Position numbers and translations under genes: made by a program. Of a stretch of 64,000 bases of DNA, positions 51,291-59,945 are shown piece after piece. This DNA is from Elusimicrobiales bacterium (GTDB lineage: Bacteria > Elusimicrobiota > Elusimicrobia > Elusimicrobiales > UBA9959): positions 142,583 through 206,582 of the forward strand of contig JAQTOU010000002.1 of NCBI GenBank assembly GCA_028713125.1. The letters run 5' to 3'. The notes beneath the pieces were generated by a model. That model saw only the letters and a program-made list of their open reading frames with translations. It was not told the origin of the DNA and made no database searches. Position 1 is the first letter of the stretch, and the number at the start of each line of letters is the position of its first letter.

Positions 51291-51425
51291 CGGGGCCGCG
51301 GGGTGACAGGGTTAGCAAAACCCTCTCGGAGCCCGACGCTTGCGTAAGCGCGGAGGGCGAGAGCGGGAGTTGCGAGCACGGTGTGCGAGACAACGTTTTT
51401 GCGTTCCTGTCACCCCGCGGCCCCG
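51291..51425. repeat. Structured palindromic repeat, copy A (135 nt)
   Basis: Perfect 20-bp terminal inverted repeat CGGGGCCGCGGGGTGACAGG / CCTGTCACCCCGCGGCCCCG, second helix GCAAAA/TTTTGC, and inner hairpins. Collinear with 22704-22830. Confidence 0.8.
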
Positions 51426-51484
51426 TTGGATGACTAGAGACTATTCATTTGTGGCTCCCCGCCTTATTTGGGATAATACCTGTC

Positions 51485-52750
51485 ATGTCTACACTTCTCG
51501 CCGCGCTTAAAACCGAAAGAGGCCGCCACGTCGCCGGCGCAGTTTTCCTGGCCGGGCTCTCCGCGATGTTCCTCTTCTGCGGCTACGAGTTCATCCGCTC
51601 CCCGGCAGAATCCATCTTCATCGACCAGTTCGGCGCCGGCGCGAAACCCTACGCAATAGCCTGCGTCCCTTTCATGATGGCCGCGATGATCTACGGCTAC
51701 GGCCGGATGCTCTCCGCCGTCGGCGCGAAAAAGGCCATGGCCGTCTCCATGCTCTCCAGCGCCGCTTTCTTCCTGCTCGCCTGGGCGCTCCTCGGGCACG
51801 CCGGAAAATGGCTGGCCTTCCTCCTCCTCGTCTTCAAAGAATCCTACGTGGTGATAATTTCCGAGCAGTACTGGTCCTTCGTCAACAGCGTGCTGAAAGA
51901 CGAAGAAGGCAAAGTTTTCAACGGCCCCGTCGCGGGCCTCGGAGCGCTCGGCTCTCTCGTAGGCGGCTGGCTGCTCGGTCATTTCGCGGTGGGCCTCGGC
52001 ACGGAGCAGTTCGTCCTTTTCGCGGCCCTGATAATACTTCCGGCAGCCGCTTTCTTCTGGATCGGCTATAATAATGCCGGCGAGCCGAAGCCGTCGGCGG
52101 ACGAGGAGGGCGGCAAAAAAGGCCATCTGCACCTCAGCATCCTGAAAGAGAACCGCACCGTTCTGTTCATCGCTTTGATAATTTTCTGCGCGCAGGTCGT
52201 GGCCACCACGCTGGACTTCCGTTTCACCCAGCTCGTCCAGGACTTCATGCCGCTCAAGGACGAGCGCACCGCCTATCTCGGGCGCTTCTGGATGAACGTG
52301 AACATCTTCTCTTTCTCCATGCAGTTCCTGGCCACGCCCTTCCTGCTGCGCTATATCCCGCGGCGCGGCATACTCACGGCCATCCCGGCCGTGCACATCG
52401 TCACCTGCCTCCTGATCTTCGTGAACCCCACGCTTGGCCTGGCCTCCACGGCCTTCCTCCTGTTCAAAGGGATGGATTATTCCATCTTCCGGGCGTCCAA
52501 GGAAACTCTTTATATCCCTTTCTCCTACGACACCCGCTACCGCGCAAAGCAGATAGCCGACGCCTTTACCTACCGCTTCGCCAAAGGCCTCACGGCGATC
52601 TTCGCGTCCGGGCTCAAAGCCATGGGCTCGATAGTCCCGGGCTTCTACCCCGCTTTGGGCGCGGTCTTCTCCGCCGCCTGGCTGGCCATGTCCTTCCCGC
52701 TCACGGCAAAGCGCGAGGACGGCGTCATGCCCGTGAACACGAAAGCATGA
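51485..52750 (+). CDS. TLC (ATP/ADP-translocase-like) / MFS-type transporter
   Basis: ATG at 51485 (the track start at 51449 is a TTG). About 11-12 TM helices. YWSFVNSVLKDEEGKVFNGPVAGLGALGSLVGG resembles the FWSFAN....EEAKR.Y...G..G...G motif of nucleotide transporters. Confidence 0.5.
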   Translation: MSTLLAALKTERGRHVAGAVFLAGLSAMFLFCGYEFIRSPAESIFIDQFGAGAKPYAIACVPFMMAAMIYGYGRMLSAVGAKKAMAVSMLSSAAFFLLAWALLGHAGKWLAFLLLVFKESYVVIISEQYWSFVNSVLKDEEGKVFNGPVAGLGALGSLVGGWLLGHFAVGLGTEQFVLFAALIILPAAAFFWIGYNNAGEPKPSADEEGGKKGHLHLSILKENRTVLFIALIIFCAQVVATTLDFRFTQLVQDFMPLKDERTAYLGRFWMNVNIFSFSMQFLATPFLLRYIPRRGILTAIPAVHIVTCLLIFVNPTLGLASTAFLLFKGMDYSIFRASKETLYIPFSYDTRYRAKQIADAFTYRFAKGLTAIFASGLKAMGSIVPGFYPALGAVFSAAWLAMSFPLTAKREDGVMPVNTKA

Positions 52751-52788
52751 CGCACTCCTGAAATATCTTTAAGCGGGGGAACTGAATG

Positions 52789-52826
52789 AACCGGGCCGCC
52801 TCAAGAGAGAGGCGGCCCGGTTTTTT
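52789..52826. terminator. Bidirectional Rho-independent terminator
   Basis: CCGGGCCGCCTC / GAGGCGGCCCGG form a 12-bp stem with a 6-nt loop, then TTTTTT. The stop codon of the minus-strand aminotransferase lies in the T-tract. Confidence 0.85.
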
Positions 52827-54000
52827 ATTTAAGACCGTTCCAGTCCAGAGCGGTTATCCTGCGGAGGGCTTCCTTAAGCTTTGCTTCAGGCTCGGTGAGC
52901 GAGAACCTGATGTAGCCCTCCCCGAATTTGCCGAAACCGGAGCCGGGCGCGGTGAGCAAGGCGGCTTTTTCCAGCATGAAAAGGACGGCGTCGAGCGAGG
53001 CGCACTTTACCGGCGGCCTGGCCCAGATGAAGCAGCTGCCGCCGGGCCTGGAAAATTTCCAGCCGCTTTCGGTCAGGGCATCGCAAAAGGAGTCCGCCCT
53101 TTTCCTGAATACTTCCCTGATAGGAGGCACTATCGTCTCGTGGTGCTTCAGCGCGAAAGCGACGGCGTTCTGCACGGCGTTGAACGGGCCGGAGTCTATG
53201 TTCTCCTTAAGCTGGTTAAGGGCGCAGACCAGTTTGGAGTTGCCGACCACCCAGCCTATGCGCCAGCCGGCCATGCAGTAGGTCTTCGAGGCCGAATAAA
53301 ATTCTACGGCCAGGTCCCTGGCGCCGGCAACTTCCAGGATGCTGGGCGCGGGCTTGCCGAAATAAATATCGCAGTAAGCCGCGTCCTGGGCTATGATAAT
53401 TCCGTTCTTCCTGGCCCATTTCACCAGGTCCTTATAGAAATAGAGCGTGGCTCCAGCGCCGGTGGGATTATTGGGGTAATTAAGGAAGAAGAGCTTGGTC
53501 CTATCCACTATCTTTTGCGGTATTTTGCCGAGGTCCGGCAGGAAGCCGTTCTTTTCCTCGAGCGGAACGTCGTGGATGCGCCCGCCGGAAAGCAGCACGC
53601 CGGTCCGGTAGGTGGGATAGGTCGGGTCCGGGATAAGGCAGCAGTCGCCCGGGTTCATCACCACGAAAGGCAGATGCGCTATGCCTTCCTTCGAGCCGAT
53701 AAGGATAGACACCTCGTCGTTATAATGAAAATCCAGGCCGTGCCTTCTTTTGTGCCAGGCGGAGATCTCGCGCCTCAGGTTCTCGTTGCCCTTGGTGTTG
53801 GGGTACCTGTGGTTCAGTCCTTTGCGCACTTCGCTCACTGCGCAGTCAACGATGCCGCGCGCCGTGGGGATGTCGGGGTCGCCCACGGCCAGGCTGATGA
53901 TGTCCCGACCTTTCGCCCGCTCGGCGCGCTCCTTGCGGTAAAGTTCCTCGAACAGGAAGGGTTTGAATAATTTAAGTTTGTCGCTGAGTTCTATTTTCAT
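52825..54000 (-). CDS. dapL: PLP-dependent class I aminotransferase, LL-diaminopimelate-aminotransferase-like
   Basis: ATG at 54000 (MKIELSDK...); the track start at 54039 is a TTG. FLFEELYRKERAERAKGRDIISLAVGDPDIPT and SASKTYCMAGWRIGW (PLP-Lys). The functional subtype is inferred from N-terminal similarity only. Confidence 0.6.
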   Translation of the reverse strand: MKIELSDKLKLFKPFLFEELYRKERAERAKGRDIISLAVGDPDIPTARGIVDCAVSEVRKGLNHRYPNTKGNENLRREISAWHKRRHGLDFHYNDEVSILIGSKEGIAHLPFVVMNPGDCCLIPDPTYPTYRTGVLLSGGRIHDVPLEEKNGFLPDLGKIPQKIVDRTKLFFLNYPNNPTGAGATLYFYKDLVKWARKNGIIIAQDAAYCDIYFGKPAPSILEVAGARDLAVEFYSASKTYCMAGWRIGWVVGNSKLVCALNQLKENIDSGPFNAVQNAVAFALKHHETIVPPIREVFRKRADSFCDALTESGWKFSRPGGSCFIWARPPVKCASLDAVLFMLEKAALLTAPGSGFGKFGEGYIRFSLTEPEAKLKEALRRITALDWNGLK

Positions 54001-54040
54001 AAATCGTAGCGGGGCCGCCGCGGCCCCGGCGCGCCGCAAG

Positions 54041-55027
54041 TTAGAAGGTCATCAGGATAGAGAGGCGGTGCACGGAGCCCAGGTCGCCGAAGGGCGAGAA
54101 GGCGTAATCGAACTGGTAGGTCTTGTAGCGCAGCCCGCCGCCGAAGCTCACATTGCGGGCCCCGCTCACGTCGCTGATCGCGCGCGTATTGAAGCCGGCC
54201 CTCAGGAAGGTGTCCATGTCCTCGTGGACCGGCAGCCGCGCCTCGCCGCCCATGGCCAGGTAGGGCAAATTGTCGCGCGCCGCCGCGATGTCGCCTGTCA
54301 GGTTGAAATAATCCGAAAATTTAGTGACGGTGCCCAGCCGCACCATCAGCGGGAGATTGGCCTGCTCCTTGTCGTAGCGCAGCGTGCCCATGATGTTCTG
54401 GGCCGTCAGGCTCATGCGGAAGCGGTTGTCGAACATGAAAGGCATGTTCAGGCCTATATCGGCGGAAACGGTATTGTCCTCCGAAAGGATCTTCGATTTT
54501 ATGAACTTGCCGGTGGCGCCCAGCACGAAGCGCTCCTCTGGAGCCTTGTTAAAGCCGGTGATGTAGCAGGCGAAGCCAACGCTGACGGCCACGTCGTAAG
54601 GGGTGAAGCTGCCCAGCACCAGGCCGCTCGAGTCGGTCCGGTTTATCTTGCCGTAATTCATGTATTTGAAAGCCAGGCCCCAGGCCCCCATATCCCCGGC
54701 GGTTTCGGCGTAAGCGAAATAATCCGCGAAGGTCCCGGCCAGGTACGGGGCATGCATGACGGCCAGAGAATTTTTCTTTATGTAGATCAGCCCCGCCGGG
54801 TTCCAGTCCAGCGCGAAGGCGTCGTCGGCCAGCGCGGAATAGGCCTCGCCCAGGCCCGCGCCGCGCGCCCCGGCGGCGATCTTTAGGAACTGCCCGGAGG
54901 CGGTTCCGGCCGAGCCGGAGCTGAAGCCTGCGGCAGAGGCGCGGCCCGGCAGGAACAGGGCGCAGAGCAGCAGCCCCGGCAGTAAAGCCGCGGCAAAAAA
55001 TCTGTTTCTCACGCCCTGCTTCTTCAT
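54041..55027 (-). CDS. Outer-membrane beta-barrel protein, PorV/PorQ-like
   Basis: Signal peptide. FLKIAAGARGAGLGEAYSALADDAFALDWNPAGL resembles the PorV-family N-terminal motif. Alternating beta-strand pattern with a terminal ...LSILMTF. Confidence 0.55.
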   Translation of the reverse strand: MKKQGVRNRFFAAALLPGLLLCALFLPGRASAAGFSSGSAGTASGQFLKIAAGARGAGLGEAYSALADDAFALDWNPAGLIYIKKNSLAVMHAPYLAGTFADYFAYAETAGDMGAWGLAFKYMNYGKINRTDSSGLVLGSFTPYDVAVSVGFACYITGFNKAPEERFVLGATGKFIKSKILSEDNTVSADIGLNMPFMFDNRFRMSLTAQNIMGTLRYDKEQANLPLMVRLGTVTKFSDYFNLTGDIAAARDNLPYLAMGGEARLPVHEDMDTFLRAGFNTRAISDVSGARNVSFGGGLRYKTYQFDYAFSPFGDLGSVHRLSILMTF

Positions 55028-55037
55028 AAATTTACTT

Positions 55038-58000
55038 CTACCTTTCCACCGCCACCTTAAGGCTCTTCGACGATCTCTTGTCCTTCGACTGTATGAAAGC
55101 GATATAGATCCCGCTGGCCGTATTGCGGCCGTCCCTGTTAAGCCCGTCCCAGTGCGCCATGCCGTTGACGTCGGCCTTGATCTCGCGCACCAGCTCGCCG
55201 AGGAAAGTGTAGATCCTTACTTTGGCGAAGGGGGGCATATTGGTGAAATGCATCACGTCCGAGACGGAGTTGGGCCTGTAGGGGTTGGGATAGACCTTGA
55301 CGTCGGAAAGGCCGGCCTCCGGCGAAGCCTGCATCAGCTGGAAGGTGGATAAATGCCAGGTCTGGGCGATCACGCGGTTATTGGCGGTGTCGGACACGGA
55401 GGACAGCGGCACCCAGAGAGCGTTGGTCTCGTCGAAGAGCGCGAGGACGAGATTGGACCGGTCCGTGCCGGGCGGCAGGTCGGCTGCCCTGTAGGGCATG
55501 ATTATCGTTAAAGGCTTCAGCACCAGGGTAGGCGGGGAATGGTTTATGATCAGCCCTATGCCGGTAGGCGTAAGCCTGGCCACGGCCGAAAGAGGCGCCG
55601 CGAAAGCGGAGGTGGAAGGCTTCAGCGTGAGGACAGTGGAACTGCCGATCGAGCCGGGCGGCAGCTGTATCGAGATCCGGCCGTAAGAAGTTTCAAGGGA
55701 CACGATGGTGTCCTGCCCCGCCACCGCGTTCATTTTGGAGGAGATCACGGTCCGCGTCGAGCCGGCGCTGACATACGCAGAAACCAGGCCGCTCTGGCCC
55801 CGGGCCTGGACCTGGACCCAGTACTCGGCGTCTATCAGCAGGCTGGAAAAAGTGCAGGTCTCCGCCCTTACGGACTGCGAAGAGCTTATGAACGAAAAAT
55901 CGGAGTGCGTAGAGATCTGCACATTGTAGACCGTGAAAGAGGAATTCCCGTTAGGGGCCCAGTTGACCGAGAAGCCGTCCGTCATCAGGTTTGAAAAAGT
56001 CTGCTGGGCGGGCTGGATATAGGCGGTCGCGGGCAGGGTGAGGGCAGTGCCCATGGATACCGGCACGGCCGGAACCCCGGAGAGGTTGAGCGCTGAAACC
56101 TGCAGGTAGTAGCTGGCGTTGGAGACCAGGCCGTCGAAATAAGCGCTGAAGCTCTTGGTAACCGAAGAAAGCACCGTGCCTGAAAAATCGGAGCTGGACG
56201 AAACCTGCGCGCGGTACTGCGAGCCGGCCGGGTTGAAGGGGAAGATCGAGTCGGCCCAGTTCACGGTTACCGAAGAAACCCCGAGGCCGGAATAGGGCTG
56301 GACTTCCGGATCGTAGGCTCCGGTGGCCATCGAAGAGAATGTCATCACGGAGGCGGGGCGGTTAAGGCGGTTGTAAGGGGTCATTTCCGGGTAGTAGGTC
56401 GTATTAGGCAGCAGCCCGGAGAAGGATGCGTAGACGTTTTTCGTGGCGGAGGAGTATACCGGCGCGGAGAGGTCGGAGTTCGAGGAGATCCGCAGCAGGT
56501 ACAGCGTGTCGCTTGGGTTGGAGCTGGGCAGCCAGTTCAGGGTCAGGGTAAGCGGCGTGATCCCGGTATAGTCGGTCTGCAGCGGCTGGTTGGCCAGGGT
56601 TGCCGTAGCCGGGGTAAGCACATAATTTACGGCGCCTTCATGGTTCAGCGTCCCGGCCCGGAAGTAGTAGCTGGTATTAGGCTGCAGGCCGTTTATGGTA
56701 AGGCGGTCCAGGCCGATAATTGTCGTGTCCGAGGAGAGCAGCACCGGGCCGGGGAAGGACGGAGAGGTCGACGCCTCCAACAGGTAGCTCTCGGCCGAGG
56801 TGCTCTGGCCGCTGTTCGCGAGCGGCGTCCAGGCGACCGTTACGCTGGACTGGAAAACCCCCGGGACGTTAAGGCCGGTGAGGGGCAGGGGCAGGGTCTG
56901 TCTGAATTCGGGGGAGGAGATATTGTAGATGGTGGTTCCGTTATACAGCGCGCCCACCCTGAAGTAGTAGGTAGTGTTCGGGTCCAGCCCTTCTACCGAG
57001 AGGTTCGAGGCGGAGGGATCGGGGGTGGCCGAACTTTTGGCTATACTGTCGAAAAAACGGTACACGGAGGCTTCGGCCACGTGGCCCCCCGCGGCGATAC
57101 CGGGAGTGAAACTTAAAGCCGCGCTCGAGCTCCATATATTGTCCAGGGAAACCGCCGCCGGCGGGCCGGGGAAGCCGGTCTTCGTCGAGGGCAGGATAGT
57201 ATAGTTCGGCGTCTTTTCCCAGTTTAGGGTACCGAGGCGGAGGTAATAGGTGGTGTTCGCCGCAAGACCCCCGAGCGTAAGCGTCCTGAGCTGGTTCTGG
57301 TAGGTATAAGTGATGGAGGAGACCAGCGCTTCTCCGGGGCCGAAGGCGGAAGTCGAGGCGTCCAGCCTGTAGCCTTCGCAGGCGAAGGCCTGCCAGAAAT
57401 CCTGGAACGGAGTGAAGCTTACCGTTATTTCACGGGCGGCCGCGCTTATATAAGCCAGGTCGGGCGAAAGAGGCAGGGCCAGCGTGACCGAAGACAGCGT
57501 GGCCCCGTAATTAGCGGCGTAGGCGTTGTTTATCGAGGCGACCCTGAAATAATAGGTCGTGTTGGGGTCGAGCGTATTTATCGTCAGCGTGCTCAGATCC
57601 GTCCGGTAGGAAGTCGAGGACTGCGCGGTCGTGCCGGAGGTAAAGTTGCTGGTAGAGGCCTCAAGCCTGTAGCCCAGGGCAGTCCCGGCGGGAAAGGCCG
57701 TCCATCCCAGCGAGGCCATGTAGTCGGTCACGGAAATGCGCGACAGGCCCTGGGGTACCGCGGAGAGCGTGGTAAAGGAGCGCGGCGTGACCAGGTTAGG
57801 CGTGCCCGGCAGGTTAAGGGCCCCGGCCCTGTAATAGTAGGTCGTGTTCCTGATCAGGCCGGTGAGCGGAGTGGAAGACGTCGCCGCCGCCGCCGTGCTC
57901 CAGGCCGAAACAAGGGAGGTCAGGGACGGGTTATTGTAAAGGTTCAGGTTATAGCCCTTGGATTGGAGGGCCTGTATGGAGGCGTCGTTGATCGCAGTCC

Positions 58001-58679
58001 AGGAGACGGTGGCGCTGGTTTCATAGACGGCGTCGGAAAGGCCGGAGAGTTTTATAGCCAGGGTAGCGGTCGAGATCGAAGACGTGAAAGGAGTGAGGGT
58101 TCCGGAAACGCCGCGGGCCCTGACCTTGAAATAATAGGTGGTGTTGGCGTTCAGGCCGCCCACTATTATCGGTGGGTACCCGTTAAGCGAAGTGGAGGAG
58201 AGCGTAAAAGCGGCGCTCGTGGAATACTGCAGGTCGTACGAGGTCCATTCCGGGTTGGAGTTTGTGTCCCAGCCTATATTGGCCCCTGCCGTGAACGAGG
58301 ACTCGGCGGTGAAATAAGAGGAGATGGAGTAGAGCCCGCTCGGCGCGGCGACCCAGGTGGCGGTGGCCGGCAGGACCTGCGAATAAGCCAGGTCCGGCTC
58401 GGCGGTTATCTTCACTTTGAAATAATAAGTGGTGTTGGGGGCCAGGGACGGGTAGTTGGCAGTCGAAACGGCTATAGAGGCGCTGGAGACGAGCGTGGCG
58501 AACGAGGATGAAGTGGATAGTACGGCGGTATAATTCCCGCCGGGATTGGCCCAGCTGAAAGTGGCGCTCCCGGTGCTTGCCTGCGTAAGATAGGGCGTAA
58601 GGTTCGTGGCGCGCGCGGAAACAGCCGCTGCCAAAAGGCAGGCGGCGGCCGCGAGAAGCGTTTTCGCCTTATAAAACAT
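55038..58679 (-). CDS. Giant surface protein: about 10 FN3 domains plus a C-terminal T9SS-type/FlgD-Ig-like sorting domain
   Basis: Signal peptide MFYKAKTLLAAAACLLAAAVSA. Ten recurrences of (P/A)NT(T/S)YY(F/L)(K/R)V-type FN3 F-strand motifs. C-terminus VKVYPNPYRPN...VRIYTFLGELVREI...ASGIYIAFI. Confidence 0.85.
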   Translation of the reverse strand: MFYKAKTLLAAAACLLAAAVSARATNLTPYLTQASTGSATFSWANPGGNYTAVLSTSSSFATLVSSASIAVSTANYPSLAPNTTYYFKVKITAEPDLAYSQVLPATATWVAAPSGLYSISSYFTAESSFTAGANIGWDTNSNPEWTSYDLQYSTSAAFTLSSTSLNGYPPIIVGGLNANTTYYFKVRARGVSGTLTPFTSSISTATLAIKLSGLSDAVYETSATVSWTAINDASIQALQSKGYNLNLYNNPSLTSLVSAWSTAAAATSSTPLTGLIRNTTYYYRAGALNLPGTPNLVTPRSFTTLSAVPQGLSRISVTDYMASLGWTAFPAGTALGYRLEASTSNFTSGTTAQSSTSYRTDLSTLTINTLDPNTTYYFRVASINNAYAANYGATLSSVTLALPLSPDLAYISAAAREITVSFTPFQDFWQAFACEGYRLDASTSAFGPGEALVSSITYTYQNQLRTLTLGGLAANTTYYLRLGTLNWEKTPNYTILPSTKTGFPGPPAAVSLDNIWSSSAALSFTPGIAAGGHVAEASVYRFFDSIAKSSATPDPSASNLSVEGLDPNTTYYFRVGALYNGTTIYNISSPEFRQTLPLPLTGLNVPGVFQSSVTVAWTPLANSGQSTSAESYLLEASTSPSFPGPVLLSSDTTIIGLDRLTINGLQPNTSYYFRAGTLNHEGAVNYVLTPATATLANQPLQTDYTGITPLTLTLNWLPSSNPSDTLYLLRISSNSDLSAPVYSSATKNVYASFSGLLPNTTYYPEMTPYNRLNRPASVMTFSSMATGAYDPEVQPYSGLGVSSVTVNWADSIFPFNPAGSQYRAQVSSSSDFSGTVLSSVTKSFSAYFDGLVSNASYYLQVSALNLSGVPAVPVSMGTALTLPATAYIQPAQQTFSNLMTDGFSVNWAPNGNSSFTVYNVQISTHSDFSFISSSQSVRAETCTFSSLLIDAEYWVQVQARGQSGLVSAYVSAGSTRTVISSKMNAVAGQDTIVSLETSYGRISIQLPPGSIGSSTVLTLKPSTSAFAAPLSAVARLTPTGIGLIINHSPPTLVLKPLTIIMPYRAADLPPGTDRSNLVLALFDETNALWVPLSSVSDTANNRVIAQTWHLSTFQLMQASPEAGLSDVKVYPNPYRPNSVSDVMHFTNMPPFAKVRIYTFLGELVREIKADVNGMAHWDGLNRDGRNTASGIYIAFIQSKDKRSSKSLKVAVER

Positions 58680-58754
58680 ATCTATAGTCTAACAGACCGC
58701 GGTTAAAATTCAATGACTAATATGTTACAAGAAAACAGGCCCGCGCATGATAAG

Positions 58755-58782
58755 TTGCACGGGGCGCGGTTTCTATTATATT
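58755..58782 (+). promoter_or_regulatory. Candidate sigma70-type promoter
   Basis: TTGCAC (58755-58760) - 16 nt - TATATT (58777-58782), 26 nt upstream of the ATG at 58809. Confidence 0.4.
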
Positions 58783-58808
58783 ATAAATAGAAATCCTGAG
58801 GCCTAAAA

Positions 58809-59945
58809 ATGCTAAAGACCGCGGCGCTGAAACTCCCAAAAAGTGAAAGACCTGCAACCCGCTGTTTCGGTTTTTTTTTCGTTTTGCTCGCCCTGGCCCT
58901 CCCGTCCTCAGCCCAGCAGAAAAACTCTTTTCCCTCCTTTTCCGTCTCCAGCGGAACCCCGCTTCTCGCCCAGTCGCCGGCCACGGGAGCGGTGGTGGCC
59001 CAGGGCGGAAATTTCGCAGTGCCGCTGCCTGATGGCCGCACGCTCTGGCTGCTCAATAATATCTGGGCCGGGGAGCTGAAGGCGGACGGCCAGGCGGCGG
59101 TCTGGGGGATAATCGACGGCGCTGCGGCTTTCTCTCCCAGCACTTCCCCTTACGCGCAGGCTGGAGCGCTGACCTATGTTTCCGACGAGAACAGGTGGCC
59201 CCTTCCGCTGCTTTCCGGCGACCTTAAGGAGTACAGCCAGGTGCGGAAGTTTTGGCCGCGCTCGGGGCTTTGCGCCGGAGGAAAATGCCACGTTTTCTAC
59301 TCCATAATGAACAATTACGGGTCCGAACCCTACGATTATTTCAGGGTTGGCCAGGGCGTGGCGGCGGCGGATAACCCGGCGGGGCCTTATAATAAAGCGC
59401 GCCGCGGCGAGCGCTATTCTCTCTGGAGCGACATCGAGCCGGCCTTCGGCTCGGCGCTTTGGGCCGACGAGGACGGCTGGGTTTACGTCTACGGGCGCTC
59501 GATGCAGGTCCCGGGAGAGTACGGCGCGGAGCTGGCCCGCGTAAAACCGGAAGACCTGGCCTCGCGGGCAAAATATTCTTACTACAGCCTCGAAACCGCC
59601 TCCGGTTCCTGGACGGATGATATCTCCGAGGCCTCCATCGTGCTGGAAGGCATGCCCGACGAATTCTCCGTCTCCTATAACGCCCGCCTGAAAAGCTATC
59701 TGGCCGTTTATTACGAGGCCGAAGGCGGCCGGGTTTTGGGGCGCCAGGCCGCTTATCCCTGGGGCCCGTGGAGCGCTCCCGCGGCGCTTCTGTCCTGTCG
59801 CAAGGACGAATACTGCTACGGAGCCAAGGAGCTCCCGGGTTTCGCGTCAGGCGGCGGCGAAAAGATTTTCATCATGCTCGAGAAGAAGAACGCGCCCTAC
59901 CTGTACGAAGTCGCCTTCGAAGGAGGAACTCATGGCGGACTATAA
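58809..59945 (+). CDS. Secreted hypothetical protein, possibly a DUF4185-like beta-propeller
   Basis: GAGG RBS. Hydrophobic signal FGFFFVLLALALPSSAQ. VPLPDGRTLWLLNNIWAG, FWPRSG and DEDGWVYVYGRS resemble DUF4185 from memory. Low certainty on the family. Confidence 0.55.
   Translation: MLKTAALKLPKSERPATRCFGFFFVLLALALPSSAQQKNSFPSFSVSSGTPLLAQSPATGAVVAQGGNFAVPLPDGRTLWLLNNIWAGELKADGQAAVWGIIDGAAAFSPSTSPYAQAGALTYVSDENRWPLPLLSGDLKEYSQVRKFWPRSGLCAGGKCHVFYSIMNNYGSEPYDYFRVGQGVAAADNPAGPYNKARRGERYSLWSDIEPAFGSALWADEDGWVYVYGRSMQVPGEYGAELARVKPEDLASRAKYSYYSLETASGSWTDDISEASIVLEGMPDEFSVSYNARLKSYLAVYYEAEGGRVLGRQAAYPWGPWSAPAALLSCRKDEYCYGAKELPGFASGGGEKIFIMLEKKNAPYLYEVAFEGGTHGGL

Noticed and set aside
50006-51379. 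457-aa minus-strand ORF antisense to the M29 aminopeptidase
   Set aside because: It is an antisense shadow ORF (Gly/Val/Ala/Glu-rich, no motifs). It runs through the plus-strand terminator and the palindromic repeat.
51291-51425. Interpreting the palindromic element as an integron attC site, a riboswitch for the transporter, or a retron ncRNA
   Set aside because: There are no GTTRRRY/RYYYAAC core sites at the arm ends, and no integrase or reverse transcriptase nearby. A 20-bp perfect closing helix and the occurrence of a second copy in the opposite orientation relative to host genes argue against a gene-specific riboswitch.
51242-51433. 63-aa ORF covering the terminator and the palindromic repeat
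   Set aside because: It starts at a TTG inside a terminator hairpin and merely reads through the structured element. There is no RBS.
54011-54027. GGGGCCG-CCG-CGGCCCC hairpin between the PorV-like gene and the aminotransferase as a third copy of the repeat family
   Set aside because: It shares only a GC-rich 10-mer (GGGGCCGCGG-like) with the repeat arms. None of the internal blocks are present. It is probably a simple weak hairpin.
55038-58679. Regular repeat pattern suggestive of a DNA tandem repeat or CRISPR-like array
   Set aside because: The periodicity (~100 aa) is at the protein level (FN3 modules). The DNA copies are highly diverged and continuous in one ORF, with no spacer/repeat structure.
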